Shown here: piece by piece, positions 54,540-64,000 of the stretch
Numbering within the stretch: the stretch's first letter is position 1
Layout: each line of letters starts with the position of its first letter
NCBI GenBank assembly: GCA_004431415.1
Contig: QPMI01000587.1
Location: 45,205 to 109,204, forward strand
Reading direction: 5' to 3'
DNA from: Cyanophora paradoxa CCMP329
Lineage: Eukaryota; Plantae; Glaucophyta
Length of the DNA: 64,000 bases
Position numbers and translations under genes: made by a program
The notes under the pieces: model-generated
Told to the model about the DNA's origin: nothing
The model's database searches: none
Seen by the model: the letters and a program-made list of their open reading frames with translations, nothing else

Positions 54540-57500
54540 TTACATAAGCAGCTTGCCCGCTGCCATCCAGTAGATCGTGAGCCGTTTAGATTCGATGATC
54601 GTTTCTGACATCGTGGGCCTGAACCTCACTCTGACGACAAATCCGGTGTAGGTGACGTCGTAGACGTTCACTGTCATGTCGACATCCACTCCAAGTTTTA
54701 TGGATGGGGTAACTGTTACGTTTGGCGGTGGGTTCCCCCCTGGCTGGGGCCATACAGGTAACAAGCCACCACCTGCGTCGTACGCTTCCGGGAAACTCAT
54801 GTTGAACGTGACAATGTATGTTGTGTTGAGATCGAAAGCCGTGTTCGCGGAGTACGTGTGAAAGAAAGTGCCGTGTTGAATGTAAGCGTCCATGTTCACG
54901 TTTCTGTGCCCGTGGCCGGTGAGCGAGTACTCTGTGTGACTGTGCGTAGAGGGGGGGAAGGTGAGAGGCTTCCCCGTAACTTGAGTCTCCCAGTCCACGT
55001 TGTGACTGTGAGTCGAGGGGGGGAAGGTGAGAGGCTTCCCCGTAACTTGAGTTTCCCAGTCCACGGTGACGCCTGACAAGTCCGGGGCCGTCCAGTCGCT
55101 GATTTCTGAGATGGTGTGCTGGTGATCTGCGTGGGGGTACGTGCTCGGCTTCCCCGTGATGTTACCCCACGCCCAAGTTGCTGGAATTGTCGGTATCATC
55201 GGCCTCCCTTTTAGATCTTGGTACTCTCCTGTATGCGCCACGGCCGCCAGCTGCGGTACGGCAACGCCCACGGTGCTGACGGCCTGGCTCGCCCCCGGCG
55301 CCATGTGCCACTCGTAGTTCTGCGATGCAAACACGGGCTGGCCTGGCTCGGGTGCCCAGTACTCGATGCCTTTGGCGATCTTTTTGGTGTAAGGGGCTGC
55401 AGGCCTGTCCACCAATTTATCGACGTACGCCTTGGGTACCAGCCAGTTGGCCTTGGGGCTCTGCGAATTAATCCCGTTGTCTATGAAGGCCCCGTAATTC
55501 CTGAAGGCCTCGGCCTCCCACCAATCCTGCATGCGGAAGGTCCCGGGAATTTCAAGGCGCGAGTTAGCGTCCGCCAGGCGGGCCACCTGCGCGCCTCCGT
55601 TCGACGAGACGCCCGAGTGACGGATGGCCGAGCCGAATTCGCGCCTTAATGCCTCGATGTGATTGATTCTGTTGAGGCCCTCCTGGTAGACGGCTATTAA
55701 GACGCGCTTCCGCCCCTTGGTCTCCTCCTTCACCATCTGCTTCAAATCGCGCATCAGCCGACTCAGGGCGAGCGAGGTCGACCCGAATCCCTCCTGCATT
55801 TTAACGGTGAGCTGAGAGAGGAAGAGCACGGTCGCCGTCAATTTCGAGCAGAGTCTTCTGGTCCTTGGGGGTACGGTAATCGTTGATGCTGTTATCGAGC
55901 GCGCGAATGAAGCCTGCAGCTCTTCGGCTCCTTATTTCGTTTAACCGCAGCTCCTGCGCCAAGAGCGAGGCCATTTCGCGCGCCTCCGAGGGGTCGTACA
56001 CACCCAAAACCGGAGCCCAGCTCGCCCTCTACCTATTAATTCGGTTGCGCAATTGGCTCGCCTCGTCGCCCCACGTCTCGACGCCCCAGTCGTAGATCTG
56101 TTGCGAGAGCTGCGCGATGAACTGATGGTATCGGCGCCCAGTCGACGGGGTACTTGAAGAAGTTCTTCACGATTTCTTCCGCGCTGCGCCCGTTGATATA
56201 TCCACGATCACCTGCGCGATGGCGCCCGCGAGGATGGACAGGCCAAGTCCCCCACCGTGCCGATCCTCATTTTCGTGAGGGCGCTCAGGGCGGACGACAT
56301 GCCCGTCTGCAGGCCAAAGGAGCCGACCGTCATGATCATCTGATCGCGGAACGTATCGAAGAACTCGCCTCCCTATCTGCCCTGCGAGAGCGCCTGGTAG
56401 GCCGAGAGCAGGCCGCCCGCCGTCGCCAGCCCAAGGCCGGCCGCCGCCGCGCCCGCCCGCCGCATGGCCCGCGAGCCCGTACCCCCAGCCCGGCGCCCAC
56501 CAAGTCGATCCCGCCCCTGAAATAAATCGGCTGCCCGAAAGACATGCCTCGTTGTTCGCCGTACCCGCCGCGAGAAGAGCGTCTCGGCGCTGAGGGCCTC
56601 CTTGGCCACCCCGGGCCGCCTTGCCCTCGGGCGCCCCAGGTAGGCGTCGCGCTGCTCTTTGGTGGTAAATCGCTCGAGGTCGAAATCCGCAAGGGCGTCG
56701 GCGGTGGCGCGGTTCCAGTCGCCGTAGGGCATCAGGGCGTTGCGCAAAATAACGTCCGAGTCGCCCATCACGCGCCTGTCGAGCGTCTGGAATACGCCCT
56801 CGGAGGGCAGGCGAGCTGTGCCCGGGCGCATTTCCTCCACGGAAACGTCGTCCCTCTCCGCGAGCGTGATATCGTCCGGGCTGGCCGAGCCACGCCCGCG
56901 CCCTCGTCGGCGTAGGCCCTTCCCCTCCTTTTTAACAGTTGATTGGCCTCCCGTTCAATGCTTGGTACTCTGTTCTACCTTGGTCTTTCTGCCTCTTCCT
57001 CTGCCGCCTTGCGCTCTGCGATCTTCCGCCTCTGCTCTTCTATCTCGGCGTTGCGTCTCGCCGCGTTCTCCTTGCCTGCTGCTTCGCTCTTCGATCACCT
57101 GTTTGCGTACTCCTTGTCCGCTTGGGCCTTTCTGTAGCGCTCCTCGATCTGACTCTTGGCCTCGTCTCCTCTCTTCCTTAGTTCGCCTATGAACGCCGTT
57201 GTATCTATGTAAAGCTTGTATTTGGCGGGTGGATGCTCACGTTTAAGGCCTCCAGATCGCGCACCATGGCGTCGTACTGTGCAAGCCCCTCCGCTGGAAT
57301 GACGGCTCTTCGCTTTTCCCAAAACTTGCTCAGCTTCTCCACGTAATTGACCATGCCGACGTACGCGCTCTGTGCGCCGATGCTCACCGTTTTCGGATTG
57401 GCTCGCAGCTCTGCCAGAAACTCCCGCTTGTACATCCCGTACATTGACGATTCGAGGCCCCCGCCACAGGCTCGCTTCGTCCGCAGTTCGCGGTGCATCT

Positions 57501-59546
57501 CCTCCGCGTCGCCGTATGCTATCCAGATGGCATCGCTGATGGCCTCTGAACTGCTTGCGCTCAAAGTTTTTCCACTTCTCATCGGCCATCTTTCTCCTCA
57601 GTCTTCGCGTCTTTCTGGCCCCTCCGACAGCTGGTTCATCACATATGTGAATCGTGAATGTCATCCCCGAGAGCTCGTATTTTCTCGCCGTTGCGCGATT
57701 CGTTCTCTTCAGCTCTCGCATCTTTGCCCCATGCATCGAGGGTGCGTTCTTGAAGGCCTCGAGGGCCCTCTTCCGCCCCGCAACCTTTGGCTCTCCAGAC
57801 GTGCAAATTCCTCGTCGATGCAGTTTGCATTGCCTTCAGTCGTTCCTCTTCTGTCTTGGCGCGCCTCTCGTCGCCCTGCGCCGCTGCTCTAACGCATCGA
57901 AGAGGGCCCTCTGGTCCTCGATCGTGAGGCCGATGAGCTCTTCACCTGGTCGCTCCTACCCAGACGCGCAAAGGGTAGCCTCTCGCGCCGGCCTGGATCG
58001 GGCCTTGGCGTCGTCTGCGTCTCCATTGTGCCCCTTGGCACAGCCGTCCTATCCTCTGCAGCTCGGCCGTCAGCGTTTCACTTGCTGCTCTAGGTGAATC
58101 GTATGTGATGCGACCCCTCTGCCTTCGCCTCTCCTGTCTCGCAGTTCGAGCTGCCTTAAATCCTCCTTTGCTTTTCTGGCTGCTCCTCCGCTCCTTTCGC
58201 TCATCGTCCAGCATCTTTGTCCTCTTCGACCTCGTTTGCTATGTTGACCTGTTTCATTTCCATGTCCAGTTTCTTCGGTCCTTGCCTGCTCCTTGCCTCC
58301 CTTATCGCTTTCCACATCCTATCGGCCTCTCTCTTCGATCTCGCTTTCCCTCGGCCTCCAGATTCTCAATTCTATCGCTCGCCTCTTCAAATCGTCCGCT
58401 ATCTTTTCTCGCGCTGTCCTCATTCGTTAATGCCGCTCCTGTCTTCAGCTCCTCGCCAGTATCTCCCTGCTCGTCTGAGTAACGATCGTTTTGTTATCTT
58501 CTGCAGCTCTGCAATGTCCTTTCGTACGCCTTCCGATCCCTGTAGTACTTTGCACCGCCTGCAATCAGGGCCGCGCCGAAGATTCCCGTTGTGTACCAAG
58601 GATCGGCACGAGCGTACCCCTCCGCCGTCTCCGCCGAGCCGCCGCCACCCGAGCCGCTGCTACCCCCGCCCCCTCCCACGGGCGTGCCACTGAGCCCCCT
58701 CCACCCGTACCCCGCCTGTACCCCACCCCCCGTACCCCCACCCTCCCACCCCTGTACCCCGCCTCCCGTGCTTCCGCCGCCCGTACCCCCACCCGGAATC
58801 GCGCCCGGCACCTTGGGCCCGCCGATGATGTCGTCGTACAGGTGGCGGTGCGCCCAGTCCGTGATGTCGGCCTTCACTGCGGGTGCTTGACGAGGGCGTA
58901 CCTCTCGTCGTGGAAGTGGTCCTTCAGCGCCCAGTTCTGCGTTTCGCCCAGTCGAGCGATCGGGGAGCACGTCGGGTGCCGTTGGGATGCGGCCCCCGCC
59001 CGTCGTCTCCGGCGTCTCGCCCGTCCTGTCGGCGCTCAGGGCGCGGATGTTCACCTTGAAGTGGTCGAACCACGCGAAAAACTCCTCCCTGTCGCGCCTG
59101 TACTGGTCGGGCTCCATGCTCGGCAGCGCCTGGCGGCTCCAGTAGATGTGGCGCAGGGGGCCCGCGATGCGCTCGAGCGCGTTGTACCCGGGCCTCACGT
59201 CTCCCTCTGCGCCCTTTAGAGTCAGTTTCACGAGGTTCAGGGTGGCGTCCTTTGAGGTGACCGAGTTTGCGATTTTCACGTCGGCCGCCCTCTTGATAAT
59301 GTTCCAGTCCACGCCCGTCTCGGTCGTGACGCCCCAAAGCCCCTTGATAATTGCGGTGAGGTCACCGTAATCGTCCAAGGTACCGACGGACGTCAGGAAA
59401 TCGCTGTAGGTCGCGCCCTTGCGCAGCCGAATCTCGTCCGCGTAAATTCCCCTCACGCTCAGGCTCCCGTCTATCGCGAAGGCGCCGTTCAGCACCTCGT
59501 CCGGATTCGGGATGGCCATGCGCCAGGGGTCGTCGAGCATCGACAT
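54540..59546 (-). CDS. Very large putative virion/fibre protein (~5 kb, multiply frameshifted): Gly linker, coiled coil, fibre repeats, H-type-lectin-like tip
   Basis: Overlapping ORF pieces tile 59546-54540; LAAVAHTGEYQDLKGRP; HQHTISEI; two VDWETQVTGKPLTFPPSTHSH; PPNVTVT..VTYTGFVVRV..YWMAAG. Confidence 0.6.
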
Positions 59547-60032
59547 TTTATCCGCGAGAGAGAAAAATTAACTAATGCTCCGCGTCCCACGTCCACTTCA
59601 GCTTGCCGCTCACCTCGCCCGTTGTCCAGCGGCCCACGGGCACCTGCCAGAAAACGTCGGCGTAGGGTAATCGGGCCTGATAGTGATCTGCTCGTCACGC
59701 AGCCAGCGGTAGGCCTCGGAGCATCGCGTATTTTCGGCTCCCAGTATTCCCCGCCCGCGCCGTTCGGCAGCGAGTACCCCTCCCTTGCTACCCGTACCCT
59801 GTAGAAGTGCTCGCCCGTTAGCGTGTCTACCCCCTGTACTCGAATTCTACGATTAAGGCCAAGTCCTGCATGCGCTCTCGCCGAGACGGATGTGACTGAG
59901 GCTGTGCAGCAGCCCGCATTTAATTGGACCAGAGGCGGTTACAAGATCGACTCTGTAAGTGAGGGTGAGGGGTAGCCTGGCACGCCCGCAAAGGTGCGCG
60001 TCTTGACGCCCGAGCCCTTCCGCGGAATATGA

Positions 60033-60509
60033 TCAGGCGCATTTAAGGGGCCTGCGAAAATCTATTTCGCAAAGGCCCAGAGGCGAAGTTCTTGACGATG
60101 AAGGCGTTGTTCTTCTGGTGGCGCCCGTGATGTCGGTGAAGCGCACGCGCAGCTCCTGGAACTTGTCGTACGCGACGTAGTTCGGGCGCACGGCCATGGG
60201 CACCTCGAACCAGTAGAGGATGGTGTTCTCGAGGCCGTCGTGGCCCCACGTCGGGATCACGACCTTGTTGATGCACGAGTTCACGTTCGAGATGGTCGTG
60301 ACGTTCAAGTCGGGCACGTCCATCAGCAGAACGTTGACGGTTTTCGCGGCGGTGGGGTCCGGAATCGCGGTCGTATCCAGCTCCAGGTAGACTCCCTTGA
60401 TCTGCAGCGTGTCGATGTCGGCGGGGATCTGGTTCAGCCTGAGGCGCCAGAAGCCCTCGGAATCCTGCGTCTCTCCGTTCGACTGGACGTAGAGGTTGAC
60501 GCAGGACAT
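60033..60509 (-). CDS. Putative minor capsid (penton-like single jelly-roll) protein
   Basis: ~150-aa beta-rich ORF with the pattern LYVQS..L.L..LLMDVP.LN..VIP..KFQELRVRFTDITG; recognised by eye only. Confidence 0.55.
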   Translation of the reverse strand: MSCVNLYVQSNGETQDSEGFWRLRLNQIPADIDTLQIKGVYLELDTTAIPDPTAAKTVNVLLMDVPDLNVTTISNVNSCINKVVIPTWGHDGLENTILYWFEVPMAVRPNYVAYDKFQELRVRFTDITGATRRTTPSSSRTSPLGLCEIDFRRPLKCA

Positions 60510-60740
60510 TATTTAGGAAGGGGCCTGAGAAATTATGCCTTCCTCAGGCCGTGAGGAGGTAGGGCCCCACGAAGTAGTAGCCCGCGAACTGCGCGGCGAG
60601 GATCCGCACGAGGTAGTAGCGGCGGGCGACATGTAGGCGACCGCGCCGAGGGTCAGCAGGCTGCCCAGGTAGCGGGAATCGCTGGTGATATCATCGAGGC
60701 TCGGGAGCAGGACGACATTGTTAAGGGCCCATTCAGAAAT

Positions 60741-60953
60741 TTACTTGGGCATGAAGAAATTCCTCACCCGCTCCCCCTCCTCGTGCAGCGCCCACTGCAG
60801 CCGGTCGATGACGGCGGCCATCACGGGCGGGCTCGCGGCGGGGTTTTTCGCGTACGCCCTGGCGTCCTCTGCCATCTGGGGGTGGTACTGCTCGACCCGC
60901 TTGGCGTAGCTCGCGATGGCGCGGCGGGTGCACCGATCCAGGTCAGCCGCCAT
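60741..60953 (-). CDS. Small hypothetical viral protein (70 aa)
   Basis: AAATG start; stop abuts a TTTCT spacer. Confidence 0.5.
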   Translation of the reverse strand: MAADLDRCTRRAIASYAKRVEQYHPQMAEDARAYAKNPAASPPVMAAVIDRLQWALHEEGERVRNFFMPK

Positions 60954-61386
60954 TTCGGCCGGCTCCTTCGCTGCTGCTGCTTCTTTCGCGCGTAAGTCCT
61001 AAGAAGCCAAGGGAACGCTGTGCTGGTGCTGGTGCTCGTACTGTTGCTGCTGCTGCCGGGCAGGACGACGGAGCCTCTGCGCTGGGGGCTGTTGTCGCGG
61101 GAGTCTCCATTTCCCATTTCTCTAGAAAAAAACGCGTACCGGTCTGCGTCATCTGGATGTCCACGTGGTGCGGGCCGATCGCCTGCACGCTCTCGCGCCT
61201 CTGCTGCTCGGGTGGGGGCTCGGGCTCGGCTCGCCGCGACGCACGACCCTCAGGGCCGCCGCCTTCAGGGCGCCCAGCACGGTGTTGGGACGCACGCGCT
61301 CCGTGCCGCCCAGGAGCTCGGAAACCAGGAAGAGCGCGCCGCAGATTACGTGATGACGTCCGAGTGGGTGCATGCCCCTCGAACAT
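60943..61386 (-). CDS. Small membrane-associated viral protein (frameshifted)
   Basis: Hydrophobic VICGALFLVSELLG..NTVL segment near the ATG at 61386. Confidence 0.4.
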   Translation of the reverse strand: MFEGHAPTRTSSRNLRRALPGFRAPGRHGARASQHRAGRPEGGGPEGRASRRAEPEPPPEQQRRESVQAIGPHHVDIQMTQTGTRFFLEKWEMETPATTAPSAEAPSSCPAAAATVRAPAPAQRSLGFLGLTRERSSSSEGAGRNGG

Positions 61387-61407
61387 CTTGCGGGCGCGTC
61401 AGAACAA

Positions 61408-63424
61408 TTACCCGCTACCCCTGCCCTTCCGCGCCCCTTGCCCTTTCCGCGCCCTCGGCCCTGGCCCTCAGATCGCCGATTTCCGCGGCCTGCGCGCAAA
61501 GCGGGGTCGTCCGCCTGGCCGGCGTCCGCTTGGAAAATCGTGAAGAGGTACCCGTCCGTGTTGTTGTCGGTGTTGTTCGTGTTTCGCGCGTGCGACCACT
61601 CTTTCAGTAAATCGCGCCTCTGCTTGTCGGGCAGCGTCTTCGAGAGGTACTCCTGCAGCTTGCTCGCGTAATTTTCCTCCGGAATCAGCGACGCAAGGAC
61701 GGTGGGCGGATCTTCCCCATGCCTATCTTCTCTTCCGTCAGCATGCGCTCGAGCTCTGCGATTTCCACCATCGTATCGATGCTCGCTGCGGTCCTGCCTC
61801 TGCTCTCTTCTGGTCTACGAGGCGCTGCCCGGCCGCTGTGAATTTCGCGGACAGAATTTGGTGCAGCCGCTCGTACACCGTCGTGGTGCCCGGCTCCTTC
61901 TCCTTGAGCAGCACCACCCAGTCGTAATTCGCCCACAAGCACCTGCAAATTCGATATGTGATCGATCGTCACCAGCACGTGGGCGTGCAGCGCCCCGTCC
62001 GTCGGCCCCACCTCACGCCCCTTGCACGCGAATTCCGATGATTGCGTTGGCGTACGTGTCGTCCTTGTACTTGCCGTTCTCCTCCTTCAAATTGAAGCGG
62101 ATGAACTTGTAGAATTCTGCGTCCGAGAGCACCTCTGCGAGGCTGTCGCGCAGCGCCGCCGCCTCGAATTCTCGCGCCTCTCCCAGGCGCTTGTGGTGTT
62201 GAAGAGCACCCAGTAGCGCGACTGGCGCGCCTGTCGTATGTCGTACCGCGTGCTTCCGTCGGGATTCTTTTGTTGAGGATGAAGACCGACCGCCCCGTCT
62301 CGCTGATTTCCGTGATCACCTTCTCGAGCGCCTCCAGCCCGTTTGCCTGCGCCGCCTGCAGTCCCGTTTTCGCCTTCTCTATGTTCTGCTTTACCTCTTG
62401 CGCGTCCGCGAAGGTTGCCATTAAATCTTCCATGCTCGGCGCCACGATTTTCGCCTTTCTGATTTTCGACTGCGCAGAGTTGGGCTCGATGACGGACGAT
62501 CCGAAGTCAGCGGCCGTATCCTTTGCCTTTTTCGTGGTCTTTGGCTTCGGCCCGCCGAGCACGCTCTCGACCATGTGGTCGCGCGTCTGCTTGGAGACGG
62601 TGGCCGTGTCGCCCCTCTTTCGCCTCTGCAGGCCCAAGATCACGAGCAGGCCCTTGTTGCCGAGCAGCGTGACGCACTTCTGGCAGAGCCACGAGTTTCT
62701 GGGCGACACCGTGGGCACCTGCGCCGGCTTCTTGTCCTTGATGAGGGGGTACGGCTCCTGGCCCTTTTCTTTCCCTTGCCGTTTTGCTTGGCCGCCCACG
62801 CGTTTGCCTTCTCTATGACCGCGACGTACTCTTCGTACACGGCATCCTTCCTCGCCTGCGCTGCCTCCCTCGCGGCGATTTTCTCTGGCGTGTTGGCCCC
62901 CTTGGCGCTCGGCACGGGCGTGGCTTCGTACATGAGGCGAAGGCAGCGGTAGCAGATTGGCGGCGATTTCTGCGCGCTCTGGTACGTGCGCGGTATGGCG
63001 CGCAGTCGCTCCTCGGGGAGTTTATCGTACTCGATTTCGCTGTGGATGCTCCAGAGGGTCGCGGCTCGTGGTATGATTTATCGAGCAGCGATGGGAGCAT
63101 CTGAACTTCTTTGGTGGCCGAGAGCTTGATGTATCGGATATGCTCTTCTGCTGCTGGAATATGCCGTCCTCGCCCTGAACCAGCACGTATCGCTTCGGAA
63201 TCTCAACGACGGGCGTCTCGAGCTCGTCCACGCCGGTATCGGGCGCGTTTCCCTTTGCCTTTCCCTTTCCCTTCCCCTTGCCCTTGCCCTTCGGCTTAGG
63301 CTCCGGCTCCTCTTCCTCTTCCTCCTTCTTCCTCCGACTCGGAGGACGGGGACGTGGGCTCCTCTTCCTCTGACTCGCTCGAGCTCTCTGGCTTCTTCTT
63401 GCGGCCTCGGCGCTTCGGAGGCAT
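61408..63424 (-). CDS. Long HUH-domain protein: NLS/acidic N-terminus, two CxxC pairs, C-terminal HUH endonuclease (frameshifted)
   Basis: MPPKRRGRKKK; CYRC, CQKC; YWVLFNT; EVGPTDGALHAHVLV (61979-61987); LIPEENYASKLQEYLSKT (~61640). Confidence 0.75.
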
Positions 63425-63445
63425 TTATTGGACACGAGAAAAAAT

Positions 63446-64000
63446 TTACACGAGCTTTACAGCGCCCGTCTCGAGGGCCTCTACCGTCTTCGTAATGTAC
63501 AGCTGCAGCAGATCCTTAAGGTTGCTCTGCGGCAGCAATTTTACGTCTACGTGCATCTGCCTGGCGGTTTCTCGCTTCCTGTAGCCGTCTCCTTGCCCGT
63601 CCACTGCATGCCGAGGCGTCCTTTCTCCGTATCGGCCGCACCGCCGTCTTCTGGTACTCCTCCCCGAACAGTCTCCTTGTAGAAATTCGGCAGGCCGCCC
63701 TGCCCCTCCGTTGCATGAACTTGATGAGGAAATCCGACGCCTTCTTGCCGTCGAATTGCACGCGCGAGTAGTCACCAGCGTGAGCAGGATGTGCGCGTGG
63801 AGCCGCCCCGACCGCGGCCCGTACTCGATGCCGATGTTCGCGTTGCCCTTCTCCACGTGCGTGTCGTACTGGTCGACTTGAAATCGAAGCCCTTGGGTTC
63901 GCCTTGTCGGGGTACACCCCCATCTTTATGCACCGCGCCAGCTGCCTGTCGTCGTAGAAGAGGGCCTCCAGCCCCCTGTGAAACGCGTCCTGCACCTTGG
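63446..64000 (-). CDS. HUH endonuclease (rolling-circle initiator-like), 5' end outside window, frameshifted
   Basis: IEYGPRSGRLHAHILL (63791-63799); LLPQSNLKDLLQLYITKT (~63490). Confidence 0.8.

Larger units (their letters stand above)
46713..64000. mobile_element. Endogenous dsDNA virus-like element (mriyavirus-like), right part outside window
   Basis: Gene-dense, short intergenic spacers, no host repeats; paired HUH genes, penton-like gene, fibre genes, HNH. Confidence 0.8.

Noticed and set aside
53452-55841. Bacterial prophage
   Set aside because: No terminase, portal or Shine-Dalgarno pattern seen; NLS-like motifs, AAATG starts and a junction within a host repeat favour a eukaryotic virus (not fully excluded)
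61408-64000. Helitron or Replitron transposase
   Set aside because: No Pif1 helicase seen, and the two genes share the intergenic motif and orientation of the virion gene block

Overview
Eukaryotic, repeat-rich genomic DNA; the spliced genes have 45-50 nt GT-AG introns. Bases 1-46.7 kb are a mosaic of nested or truncated retrotransposons: two LINEs, four Ty3/Gypsy elements plus a related protease fragment, one element near-intact with 428-bp LTRs and a CCAT target-site duplication. This part also holds one dispersed/tandem ~124-bp host repeat family and six cellular genes, all tied to glycosylation (a nucleotide-sugar transporter, GT7, two GT61-like, GT31 and a GT-A-like gene). From ~46,713 to the window end lies a gene-dense, GC-richer, virus-like insertion that interrupts a host repeat. 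It carries three G-quadruplex-like (TGGGACT)n arrays, an HNH gene, tandem paralogous beta-rich genes, FN3/Gly-rich and fibre genes (Peptidase-S74 chaperone, H-type-lectin-like tip) and a penton-like gene. It also has two adjacent paralogous HUH (rolling-circle) endonuclease genes, one short and one with a long N-terminal extension. This gene set best fits an endogenised mriyavirus-like (Yaravirus/'Gamadviridae'-like) dsDNA virus. The major capsid protein, packaging ATPase and right end are not visible here, so that assignment is an inference. All calls were made by eye; no database searches were run.
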